Positions 14,301 to 28,109 of a stretch of DNA of 64,000 nt are shown here, one piece after another. How positions within the stretch are numbered: the stretch's first letter is position 1; each line of letters begins with the position of its first letter. The translations under genes and the position numbers were made by a program. This DNA is from Octopus vulgaris (lineage: Eukaryota). The stretch covers positions 213,032,001-213,096,000 of the forward strand of contig OX597815.1 in the NCBI GenBank assembly GCA_951406725.2. The letters run 5' to 3'. The notes beneath the pieces were generated by a model. That model worked only from the letters and a program-made list of their open reading frames with translations. It was not told where the DNA came from and did no database searches.

Positions 14301-17300
14301 GTCGATTACATCGACCCCAGTGCGTAACTGGTACTTAATTTATCGACCTCGAAAGGATGAAAGGCAAAATCAACCTCGGCTGAATTTGTACCCAGAACGT
14401 AACAACAGATGAAATACGGCTACGCATTTCGCCCGGCCTGCTAACGTTTCTGCCAGTTCGCCACCTTGTGATCAAAATATGAGTTAATTACTATGCTAGT
14501 TTCTGACAAATAAATGATAATAATCACCTCTTATGTAAATATCAATTTCACAATTATCATGAAATATTTAGATAACTGTATATATATATAGGCATATGCA
14601 TGGCTGTGTGGTTAAAAAGCTTGCTTTGCAACCATGTGGTTTCTGGTTCAGTCCCACTCAGTGGCACCCTAGGCAAGTGTTGTCTACTACAGCGTCAGGC
14701 CAACCAAAGCCTTGTGAGAGAATTTGGTAGATGGAAATTGTGTGGAAGCCCATTGCATATGTATATATCTATTCATAAATCTGTGTGTGTGTGTGTGTGT
14801 GTACATGGCTTTGTGTCTGTTTGTCCTCCCCCACTGCTTGCCAACAGGTGTTGATTTGTTTACATCCCCATAAGTTAGTTGTTCAATAGAATAAGTTATA
14901 GGTTTAAAAATAAATAATTACTAGGCTTGATTTGTTTAACTAAACCCTTCCAGGCTGTATCCCAGCATGGCTGCAGGCCAAAGAGTGAAACAAGTAAAAG
15001 AAGAAAAAAAATACCCCATGAATTTAGACCAGGGCTGTGGATTGATTCTCCTCTATGGTAATTAGACTAATCGTGTATTTCTTATATTAATTGAAAACAC
15101 ACAACATACAAGGCCAATGGGAATCATCACACTATATGTAAGCACCCTAACTCTTTTGCTAACGAGTCCTAGGACACAAACTTACTGTTTTAAAGAAATC
15201 TAAATTAAAATCTGTGGAAGCACGTGGTTTAGTGGTTAGGGTGTCAGTATCATGATCGTAAGATTGTGGTTTCAATTCCTGGACCAGGCGATGCGTTGTG
15301 TTCTTGAGCAAAACACTTCATTTCACGTTACTCTAGTCCACTTAGCTGGCAAAAATGAGTAACGCTGCGATGGACTGGTGTCCCGTGCCGCTGGGGAACA
15401 CATACGCCACTGAAACCGCGAAACCAGGCCCATGAGCCTGGCTAGGCTTTTAAAGGGCGCAATGGCCCAGTGGTTAGGGCAGCGGACTCGCGATCAGAGG
15501 ATCGTGGTTTCAATTCCCAGTCTGGGTGTTGTGTGTGTTTATTGAGTGAAATCACCTAAAGCTTCATGACTTTCTGGCAGGGGTGCTGGCGACCCCTGTC
15601 GTGCTCTTTCACCCCAACTTTCTCTCACTCTTTTTTCCTGTTTCTTGGGTTACGCTGCAATGGACTGGCATCCCATCCAGCTGGGGGGGAAACATACACC
15701 ACAGAAACCGGGAAACTGGGCCCATGAGCCTGGCTAGGCTTGAAAAGGGTGCATATATAAATAAATTAAAATCTATCAAAATTTCATAGTAATTTATGTT
15801 CCAAACATTAGCTTAATAAGGTCAAAGTTATTTTACTAAATTTTTCATTATATTCAAAATTAACTGAAACAGAGAGGGTATTTCAACAGAAATATGGTAA
15901 CAAATGGGTTAAAAGTTATGTTTTGGCTATGCCTTATAGATATTTTTGTATTGCTTATGAAAGAATTTACAAACAATCATAAGACAAAATTTTTAAGAAA
16001 GAAAATAAAAACTTTTGGGATGGGCATTACTTTGTTTTTTTTCTTGCCAAATAAACACAGGCAATATATTTGTTCTTCACTTGTTTATTATTCTTATTTA
16101 GTCAGGTCTGTGACCTCTTCAGCAACCCTTTCTATCCACATGTATCCACCTGCTCTGCCTAATCCTTTCTCATGAAAGATTCCCAGACAATGGACATAAG
16201 ATCAAATAAGAACAGTTATAAACAAGTGAAGAACAAATATATAGTGTATGTGTTTATTTGGAAAGACAAAAAATGATTTTCCTGAAATATAACAATATCT
16301 GTTTCAACACAATTTCACATCAGGAATCTTCCAAAACAAATTCATAAATGTAAATAAAAATTGTTTTTATGAAAACAAATATAAAGTAAAAGGGTGAAAA
16401 ATACTAAAAAACAAAACCAGGGTAAACCTTTGTTTACCAGTTCCAAATTCCAAAGTACATCAATGTTAAAATTAACAGATTGAACACACAGCAATCTAAC
16501 AAATGGCCATTTTAAATCCAATTAGATCCATAACTCTTCTTTTTTGAGATTAAAGCATTGTTTGACTATAACATTAAAGTGAATGTAACATGAAATAATT
16601 ATATTGTAAAAGATTGAAAAATTTATCCCACAAAATTGATTAAAGAAATATGGTGTCTGTAGTATGGGGATTAAATCAAAAATTCCAAATCTAAAATTTA
16701 CTAATTCTTATTCTTAGAAACAGAATCGATGATGATGATGATGATGATGATTGATAGTAAGGTCCAAGGAACTCTTAAACAGACGAGATACTCTCTGCAG
16801 GAGCTGGTTTGAACATAGGCCTGTTCAGTCAAATTTGGCCTGGGGCTAAACAAAAGCAGCATAATGATGTTTTCATTAAGACAGAATTGATTTTGTAAAG
16901 GAAGTTTATTTTATAGACCACGTCTTACAGTAGTAAAGGAAACAAAGCTAAATCAGTGAGACACCTACGTAAAACATGGTTTTGCTTACAACAGAATCAT
17001 AAATTACAAATGGAAAGAAACCATAAAATAAGAAGAGGAAGAAATCCCAATCATGAAATCATAAAAAGACAAAAAAAAAAACAATCTCTTTTACTCTTTT
17101 ACTTGTTTCAGTCATTTGACTGTGGCCATGCTGGAGCACCACCTTTAGTCGAGCAAATCAACCCCAGGACTTATTCTTTGTAAGCCCAGTACTTATTCTA
17201 TCGGTCTCTTTTTGCCGAACCGCTAAGTGACGGGGATGTAAACACACCAGCATCAGTTGTCAAGCAATGCTAGGGGGACAAACACAGACACAAAAACATA

Positions 17301-19905
17301 TACACACACACTTATATATATATATATATATACATATATACGACAGGCTTCTTTCAGTTTCCGTCTACCAAATCCACTCACAAGGTTTTGGTCGGCCCAA
17401 GGCTATAGTAGAAGACGCTTGCCTAAGGTGCTACGTAGTGGGACTGAACCCGGAACCATGTGGTTGGTAAGCAAGCTACTTACCACACAGCCACTCCTGC
17501 GCCTATCTATATTCAAATAGATAAACAAGATACAATAATGCAATAGTGACTATGTGAAAGGGGTGCTCTAGTATGACCTTGGCTGTGACAGCTAAAAGGA
17601 ACTAAAGAATGTTTGTTAATATAATTAGAAGTGTTCTCTGTTCGACCATCCCACTGCTAGAGTAATTTCACTATGAACTTCATGGAAATACTGTCAAACC
17701 ATTTAGTTAGATGCGCTGACTTGCACTATGTACCTTAACCCTTTAACTGTCCATGCATAAACTGTATATAATTATATATGCATGTAAATATCATCATCAT
17801 CATTTAACATCTCAATCTCCATGCTGGCATGGGTTGGAGGGTTCAAAAGGAATCAACTTGCCTCAGGGCTGTGTTGTCTGCCATGGCATGGTTTTCACAG
17901 CTGAATGTTTCTCCTCTAACACCAACCACTTTACAGAGTGTACCAGGTGCTTTTCTTGTGGCACCAGCACTTGTGAGGTCATCAAGTACTTACAACCAAA
18001 CCCTCCACCCCACCCCAACTGAGTAGTGACAGAAACAAGTGTTTTACTGAAATGGTTAATACACAGCCCCCCCTCTCAGCTAGAAAGAAAGAGCTAGTGA
18101 AAGCATAGCCTCAAGGCTCAAGGTAAATATGAGAGAGAGAAGAGGAGGTAGAGGAACTGCAGTGGGATTGGTGAGTGTGTGTGTGTGTGTGTGTGTGTGT
18201 AAATGTAACAAAAACATAAAAAACAAAATTTTACAAAAACGTGACAAACAGAAAATTCATAGCTAATTCTTCATCAGTCAACGTTCAAAAGATCATTACA
18301 ATTTCACAATATATATAAATGCATGTGTGTGTCTACCTATTTATCTATCTATCTATCTATCATCATCGTTTAACGCCCGTTTTCTATGCTGGCATGGGCT
18401 ATCTGTTTAGCTAGCTCTATCTTTCACTTTCAGCAACAACTTTTTCTCTTCCCCTTCTAAGAATATGTTGTGACGTATTTTGATTCCTCCCCTTCTTTCC
18501 CTGCCTCTAATAGATGCTGTGAAGGACAGACAGAGACCGGCTTCTCTCTTTTATAAGATTTTCAAAGTCCAAACCATATCTTATTCAACAGACTCTGATA
18601 GAAACGAAGCTGATTTGTTTTTCATTATACTGCACCACTAAAGCGGTTAATGAACATGTGAAGAGTCAGAAAGTCAAGGCTACAATCAATTGTGTTACAA
18701 GCATATCTGCAGTTCAATGTCTACCCACCACATGATCTTTCGCTCTGATAGTGTTCTGAAGGGAACTTAGCTTCTAATTACAATGATTTCACCAAAATAT
18801 TTTCCACATTTATTTAAAATTAATCACTACAGCTCTACTCACATCTTTTATCTTTTACTAGTTTCAGTCATTGGACTGCGACCATGCTTGGGCACCACCT
18901 TGAAGAATGTTAGTTGAATGAATCAACCTCAAGCCTGGTACTTATTCTATCTGTCTCTATTGCCAAACCACTAAGTTACAGGGCCATAAACACACCAACA
19001 CCAATTGTCAAGCAGTGGTGGGGGAACAAACACAGACACAAACACATGAATACATACACACACATACGATGGGCTTCTTTCAGTTTCCATCTACCAAATC
19101 CACTTACAAGGCTTCAGTCAGCCCAAGGCTATAGCAGAAGACACTTGCCCAAGGTGCCATGCAATGGGATTGAACCCACTTCTTACCTGTGCTTCAAAAT
19201 TATCCATGCAATACTACAACCTCCTCCTCACCCAAAATGTAATTGCATTGCCTTTTACTTGTTTCAGTCGTTGGACTGGTCATGCTGGGGCACTGTCTTG
19301 AAGGGTTTTAGTAGAATGAATCGACCCCGGCACTTATTTTTAAAAGTCTGGTACATATTCTATCAGTCTCTTTTGCTGAACCGCTAAGGTATGGAGATAT
19401 AAACAAACAACATTAGTTGTCATGTAGTGGTGACGGACAATCACAAAGACACACAGATATACAACACCATACCTATTTCTTTATTGCCCACTAGGGGCTA
19501 CACATAGAGGGGACAAAGAAGGACAGACAAACGGATTAAGTCGATTATATCGACCCCCAGTGCGTAACTGGTACTTAATTTATCGACCCCGAAAGATTGA
19601 AAGGCAAAGTCGACCTCGGCAGAATTTGAACTCAGAACGTAACGGGATATACAATACAATACCATACCATGCATACAGACAGACAGACAGACATAATCAA
19701 ATTAAAAATCACAAATAACAAAAACAACAAAAGTCAAAGGACACACATGGAATGTATTAGCTTGATGTTCAATAAAAGCGGAAAAAAGGAGTGGGTGTAT
19801 AATGTTTCGAGCATAGCTCTTCATTAGAAAGAGGAGAAAGGAAAGGTCTATGGAAGAAAAAAAGAAAGTCCAAGCACATGTGGTTAAGTACACATGCAAT
19901 GTATA

Positions 19906-19947
<42 letters not shown>

Positions 19948-22324
19948 TCATAAATGAGGGTGAAAAATTAGATATTAATTTAATAATACCATCAGTTTAA
20001 CACCAAGTGGCTGAGCACATAAAAAACCAGGGAGACAATACAAATTTATACTTAAATATAAGAGAGTTACCGCTAAGTGGTTAACTCTAGTGCTAAAAAT
20101 AGCTCCTTTTTCTGGTATAGCCACCAAGGTTGTTTCCAACAAGAAATAACATTACCTTCAACGTAAGGAAAGTGAAATACAACGAAAAAATAGATTAACT
20201 CCGAACAATTGTTTCTTTATTAATGTAATATGCAATTATACTCACAACCTTGGTGGCTATACCAGAAAAAGGAGCTATTTTTAGCACTAGAGTTAACCAC
20301 TTAGCGGTAACTCTCTTATATTTAAATATATATATATATATATATATATATTCATATATACACACACACATATGTATATGGACACACAAGAGGTGCAGTG
20401 GAATAACAGGAAGGTTATCAGAGAAGTGTTTGTATGTGGAAGATGAAGAACTATGAAGACTACTGATACTCGGGAAATAGACTTTCTCAAATGCCCTGGA
20501 GGCTCTTTAGTGGATAATTTCTGCTACCTAGGGGGCCTAATTAGCAGAGGAGAAAGGGTGTACAGAAAGTATAATTGATAGAACTAAAAATAAAATGGAG
20601 AAAATTCAGAGAGCTTTTACCTCTGTTGGAAACCAAACAACTCTCTCCTCTGAGTGACAGAAAAATTGCATGAAGCATGTATATGAACAGCAATGCTACA
20701 TGGTAGTGGGACAAAAGCACTAAATGCATAGGACAGGTGAAGGCTAGAGAGGAACAAAGCTAATATGTTCTGCTGAATGTGCAACATCAATGTGCAACAG
20801 AGTGCTATTGTATTGAGAGAAAAATTAGGCATAAGAGGAATTAGATGTAGCATGCAAGAGAGAAGACTGTACTGGTTTGGTCATGTGATGTGTATAGATG
20901 TAGGCAGCTGCTCAAAGTGAATGGAACTCATGGAAGAGGGAGACCCAGGAAAACATGGGATGAAGTATTGAAGGCCAACCTCAAGACACTGAGCCTTACA
21001 AAAGAGATGACAAAGGACCAAGATATCTGGTGCCTTGCTGTACGCCACAGCAGAACTGCTGGTGCCACATGAAAAGCACCCAGGGTACGTTCTATAAAGT
21101 GGTTGCCGTTAGGAAATGCATGCTAGAACAGACAATGCAGCCTAGTGAGGTGCCCAGCCTCACCATCTGCTGTCAAACTGCCTGAGCCATACCAGCATGA
21201 GAAACAGACATTAAATGATGATGATGGTTATACACACACACAAACACACATATATATACACAATGGGTTTCTTTCAGTTTCCATCTACCAAATCCACTCA
21301 CAAGGCTTTCGTTGGCCTGGGGCTATAGCAGAAGACACTTGCCCAAGGTGCCATGCAGCAGGACTGAACTCAGAACCATTTGTGAATAAAATGAAACCTA
21401 TACAACCCAAGATTAAATCTGCTTCCTTAATCCACAAATAGCAAATTATACGTCACTAGTAGACATCACTCTTCTCACAAAAGCTATTATCCTCAGAAAT
21501 TATTATAATTATACCCCTCTTTTAATTACACCATTAATTCTAACACTCCTAGAAAAACAGATGTTTTTTTTATATGTTGTTTTCATTGTTTCAGTACCAT
21601 ACCAGCTATGATTATCTCATCTTTTAGAACTTCATTATCCAAACTGTCCTTCCTTTATATAGAAGGATTTAGCTGTTACATGTAAGTCAATGACTGCATA
21701 GCAGCTCCATAATTTCTTTCTCTCTCTCACACACACACATCATAAATGTTATGGCAGAGAGAACTGAGTGAATGAGTAAGAGGGAAAAGTAGAACTCAGT
21801 ACATGAATTTTTATCCTATTTATTGCAAGCTGAACTGTGGGTGTCAGTTAATGAAATCTTCAGCTAACAATTAGTGGTTACAATGGTTAGTTTATGATCA
21901 TATCATAATGTCAAGAGTTCAATTCCTGAAGTGGGCAGCATATTGTGTCCTTGAGAAAGGTACTTCATTTCACATTGCTCCAGTCAACTCAACTGTAATG
22001 AGTATTAGTAGATGTTGGTACATTGCTCTCTCTCTCTCTCCCTCCAGCAGTCACACTCTGGATGTTCTGTCTGGTCAAGGGTGAAGGGGCTGAGAAAGTG
22101 TCTATGTCTGATCATGACTACATAAGCAGCTGAGACAATTAACAAAGACATCACTTGTGAGTGATGGCTGGCTGTATCTATGTATGTGTGTGTGTGTGTA
22201 TATATATATATATACACACACACACACATAATCACCGAATCTGGAACTCTGGTCTATCCATACCACTTATTCAGCATTACTTGACACCTTTGGGTCTCAC
22301 TGACACCATTACCTCTCATAACCT

Positions 22325-22385
<61 letters not shown>

Positions 22386-25300
22386 TCTTTTACTCGTTTC
22401 AGTCATTTGACTGCGGCCATGCTGGAGCACCGCCTTTAGTCGAGCAAATCGACCCTGGGACTTATTCTTTGTAAGCCCAGTACTTATTCTATCGGTCTCT
22501 TTTGCAGAACTGCTAAGTGACGGGGACGTAAACACACCAGCATCGGTTGTCAAGCAATGCTAGGAGGACAAACACATACACACACACTTATATATATATA
22601 TACATATATACGACAGGCTTCTTTCAGTTTCCGTCTACCAAATCCACTCACAAGGCATTGGTTGGCCCGGGGCTATAGTAGAAGACACTTGCCCAAGATG
22701 CTACACAGTGGGACTGAACCCTGAACCATGTGGTTGGTTAGCAAGCTACTTACCACACAGCCACTCAAATATATATATATATATATCAAAATAAGTAACA
22801 AGAATATCTTCGGTAATTTGGTAATATCATTTCATGCTACATCATTTTATTAAACATTGTAAGTATTACAACAGTTTTAAAATGTTGAGCAATCATCAGC
22901 CATTTATAGAGGTTTTCCATCAATACTTATACTTATTTCTATGTTAATTGATATATATATATATATCATCATCATCATCATCATCGTTTAACGTCCATTC
23001 TCCATGCTAGCATGGGTTGGACGGCTCGACCGGGGATCTGGGAAGCCAGAAGGCTGCACCAGGCTCCAGTCTTATCTGGCAATGTTTCTACAGCTGGATG
23101 CCCTTCCTAATGCCAACCACTCCATGAGTGTAGTGGGTGCTTTTTACATGCCACCTGCACAGGTGCCAGGCGAGGCTGGCAACGGCCACGGTCGGATTGG
23201 TGTATTTTATGTGCCACCAGCACGGAAGCCAGTCGAGGCAGCGCTGGCATCGGCCACGAGTCGGATAGTGCTTTTTACGTACCACCAGACCAGGGATCCT
23301 GGCTGGTTCAATTCGATTTCGCTTGCCCCAACATGTCTTCGCAAGCAAAGGGGTTGGCATGGGTGCCTGTCGTCGGATGAGGTTCTATATCGACTTCGCT
23401 TGCCTCAACAGGTCTTTGTGTCCAAGGGAGGAAAGGCATTCATAAGTGGGCTGGGCTCACTTGTCCTGCGTGGTCTTCTCACGTACAGCATATTTCCAAA
23501 GGTCTCGTTTGAAAAATTGAAAAAGTATAAAGTAGAATCACCATTTGTAAATGGACTGAGTTACATTAAAAATCATATCCAGTCAGCAATATAAATGGAG
23601 TTTGAAATTAAAGTGGTCTTTTCCTTAACCCTTAGGAGACAACAAGGCTGATCTATTGGCTGAAAGTCGAATGACAGAAGATTGTGTTAGTTCATTGAAT
23701 TTCCTACAAGAATATATATAATTTTATATATGTGATGTAATTACTTTCATCATCATCATTGTTTAACGTCCGTTTTCCATGCTAGCATGGGTTGGACGGT
23801 TCGACCGGGGTCTGGGAAGCCATGGAGGCTGCACCAGGCTCTAGTCTGATTTGGCAGTGTTTCTACAGCTGGATGCCCTTCCTAATGCCAACCACTCCGC
23901 GAATGTAGTGGGTGTGCATGTTTTCTGTAGGTCTTGTGAAAAGGGTTCTGTTTTCTTGGCACCTAAACTCCATATGAGACTCTGTCCCCAAAGGGTTATA
24001 AATTAATGTGTTAATGTATAAATATTTACAATCAGAAGAGAGTAAATATAAATTTTATTTTTTTTTACCTTGGGACATTGATAAATTCTCAGCTGTAGAG
24101 CAGTAAATATATGTTAACTTCAAATATCAGGGTTCAAAAGTTCACATGATTTAATGGTGGGCACTTGCATATCAGACAAAACAGTAGTCTAGTACATTAA
24201 CTTTTGCTATTTTAAAAATAGACGAAGAGTTTGAAGGTCATACTCTTGGTTATCTAGATAGCTCCTAATCCCCAAAAGGCATTTAAGAACTGATGCTTAA
24301 CTTTGGATTAATATAATGTCGTTAATTGGATGAGCTGAAAATATAGTTAGAATAGGACATCAGTGGTAATAGCCAACATATGTCAGCATGGAAAAAGTGG
24401 ATGAAATGATGATGATATCAGTTATTGATCTTAGCCTTCAAAAGGATCAAAATGTTCAAATTAATATCCTCTGTTCTTCTTGTTACATTGAAGTAAGTAT
24501 GACCATATAGTAGCTTTCCACCTCTTCACAGAGCTTTTCCAGAGCTACAGGGATTGTGCTGCAGAGAACAGACAAGGAAGCACACCATATTCTGGTTTAC
24601 TTCTACACATTGTAAGCTAGGCCAATCTAACAGCCTCATCTGACCAGCTTTTGATCAACCCATTCTTGTTCTCAGAGCACCTACACAAGATATATTTTCT
24701 AAAGTTTTAATGAGGTCAAATCGTTCCAGAATTTTTAACAATACTTACAGATGTCCATCTGAAGATTCTTTTCTACTCTAGGCAGAAGGCCTGAAATTTT
24801 GGGGGAGAGGGCCAGTTGATTAGATTGACCCCAGTATGCAACTGGTACTTAATTCATTGACCCTGAAAGGATGAAAGGCTAAGTCGACCTCAGTGGAATT
24901 TGAACTCAGAACGTAAAGACAGACGAAATACCGCTAAGCATTTCACCAAGCATGCTAACATTTCTTATTTCTTTATTGCCCACAAGGGGCCAAACAAGGG
25001 CAGACAAAGGGATTAAGTCGATTACATTGACCCCAGTGTGTAACTGGTACTTAATTTATCAACCCCAAAAGGATGAAAGGCAAAGTTGACCTCAGAACTT
25101 AATGGCAGACGAAATACCGCTAAGCATTATCGCCCAGCGTGGTAACGTTTCTGCCAGCTCACCATCTACTGATTGATACAGGAAATAAGTAGTTGAGAAT
25201 AGAATTTACTTTAGTAGGAAAAATGTTAAACTTCATAGTGTAGAGCTGATTCTAAAACAGCTTCAGTCTAATCTCTCAACAACTTCTTTGCCAACGTTTA

Positions 25301-28074
25301 ATCATGCATTGCTGGTCTTATTCAATTCAAGAATGTGTAACAAAGCTTAATACTGCTCCTGCTCTGCTTACTATTTTATTTATTTTAAAAAATGCAAAAC
25401 TGCTTGTGACCAGAACTGTCATCAGCTGTGGGCGTTGCCCTTTTTCTTTCGTTTTTAAGCTGAATTATTATATTTTAAAAAGTTCTAAAAGTACAAGGCA
25501 ATATATATATATATCTTTTATTTGTTTCAGTCGTTAAACAGTGGCCATGATGGGGCAAAGACTTCAAGAATTCTTAGTCAAATGAATCGATCCCGGCACT
25601 TATTCTATTGGTCTCTTTTGCCGAATTGCTAATTTACAGAGATGTAAACACACCAAACATTATCAAGCAGTGGTCACACACACACAACGCGTTTCTCTCA
25701 GTTTCTGTCGACCAAATTCCATTCACAAGGCATTGGTCGGCCCCAAGCTATAGTAGAAGACACTCGCCCAAGGTGCCATGCAGTGGGACTGAACCTGGAA
25801 CCATGTGATTGGGAAGGAAACTGCTTACCACAAAGCCAATTTTTTCTTGTAGAATTAGAAATAACAGGTGTGGACAACGATTAATTAAGAAAAAAATGAT
25901 ATTGCTGTGCAATAAATTGAATAAACAAGTCTAGTCTCCATGTTAGTTCTGAAGAACTTTAATGACGATATTTAACTTCCTTGATTATCTATGTAGATAT
26001 AATAAACATTCAAAATAGTTATATTTCATAAATGTTGTTAAAATAATTACACTATAGGCGCAGGAGTGACTGTGTGGTAAGTAGCTTGCTAACCAACCAC
26101 ATGGTTCCGGGTTCAGTCCCACTGCGTGGCATCTTGAGCAAGTGTCTTCTGCTATAGCCCCGGGCCGACCAATGCCTTGTGAGTGGATTTGGTAGACGGA
26201 AACTGAAAGAAGCCTGTCGTATATATATGTGTGTGTGTGTGTGTATGTGTTTGTGTTTGTCCCCCTAGCATTGCTTGACAACCAATGCTGGTGTGTTTAC
26301 GTCCCCGTCACTTAGCGGCTCGGCAAAAGAGACCGATATAATAAGTACTGGGCTTACAAAGAATAAGTCCCGGGGTCGATTTGCTCGACTGAAGGCGGTG
26401 CTCCAGCATAGCCGCAGTCAAATGACTGAAACGAGTAAAAGAGTAAGAGTATGGCACTTAAAAGTAAATATATTAAACTGGATTCTCCGTTATTATTTGT
26501 TATGTTCATAGATCAGAGTTCATAACATTTTTTTTCAAACAATTGTTCCTCATTTTTAATACTGACCCTTAGACTCTGACAGCTATTTTCAACGAATCTC
26601 ATTTATGTAATAATCGAATCAAATAGGGAGCCTGTACGCTGTGGTTTGAGCTGCTAGAAAAGCAGCCAAATCTTTCTTAAATCACAATACATTATTTGAT
26701 AAAAGGAATTAGACAGTCGATAATGTAAGTTCCACATACATTATATTCGAAAAATAAAATGACAGAGGTGGTCATGACTGGAACAGCTTTGATCATAGAT
26801 CTACTCGATCATTTCTTATTTGGGTCTAAACAACAATTACCACAAAGAGCCTGTATGTGACCACTCAACTTGCTAGAAATATCCCTCAAATCACATCTCG
26901 GAAACCTAAAGCAGGAAGTAGACACAGCATAAAGTAATAAACTGTCTGGGAAAACTAATTAAGACTGGAACAGTCTGGACTTGATCCACCAAGATCAGCA
27001 GAACCAAAACAATAATAACTCGAGATCGATACAGGCTAAAATTGATATATAAACAAAAATCATACAAAGCTGTAAACAAACTCATTCTTTGTATTATAAC
27101 AAGTTTACAAAGACTGGAGCTAATCAAATAAGATAAATAAGGAAGAACTTCGTAAGACACACAGACTGTTTTCGCTTCGGGTTTTTCATTTTTTTTTTTT
27201 CAGGGAGTTGGGGATTGTTGGTCTAAAAGCCATCCAGCCGTAACAATTGGCAGAGAAATTGAGAAGTACTGACTGTATATAATTCTACGCCAACCCGTAT
27301 TCGTGCGAGACCTATGACCTAAAACATTCTAGTTATGACCGTTTTATTTCAGAATTACATAGTCTAAACAGGACCATATTATGTAATGCTTCCTTCCATT
27401 TTTTTCTCAAAGATAATAAGGCAAGATTTGAGAAATATGAATATTGTTTCCAGTGGTTCGATTTATCAGCGACGTTCTTATTGATGTTAATATTGCATGT
27501 AAGAGTTTAGGAAAATAAAAATTCATTTTAATAGAAGGAAACCGCTTTTGGTTAATGTTACAAGTCAACCTTGTTTATTTGAACGGAAGAACGAACGAAG
27601 TCGAAGGCCGTTTGTTGAAATTGATGAAGTTTGAGGACGAATGTTGAAGATGGGGAGACGAATGTCTAATTGCAAACATTGAGGGGGGGAGACAACTTGA
27701 GGGCCATTTCACAATGTTTACAACGGACAGAGAATTGACGACATCCAATTTCACCTCAAAATCTGTCGCCAAATTTGTAATAATTAACCCATAACAAAGA
27801 TATTGAACAGCTTTTATAAGTCGAGCCACAAATGGAAATTGCACGCGGTCGTTCGACCTGCTAAAACTATCAACCGAATCTCCTCTAAATTACGCTTGGC
27901 GCTTTGTAAAAGGAAGGGCACCTTCCTTTAAACAACGTAGTTTTAAATAAATAACAAACATCATACTTGGAAAAAAAAATGACGGGATTGTCATGGTTGG
28001 AATGTCTTTCGCTATAAGTCTCTCTGACGGGGATTGAGCAGGGTCAAAACAACAACGTAAATAAACATGTAATG

Positions 28075-28109
<35 letters not shown>

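Noticed and set aside
15455-15530. Functional tRNA genes (also other SINE heads)
   Set aside because: They lack a complete cloverleaf and continue into SINE bodies and tails
22860-22905. Extra hammerheads at 22.9 kb, 18.27 kb and 55.1 kb
   Set aside because: Only half of the core is present or the stems do not pair convincingly. They may be decayed relics but cannot be supported.
23004-23594. 196-aa ORF
   Set aside because: It lies almost entirely on the antisense strand of the (GAT)n-tailed retroposon and has no recognisable domain
26906-27160. Hydrophobic minus ORF as GLMP exon 1
   Set aside because: It has no in-phase splice donor; 28260-28180 fits better
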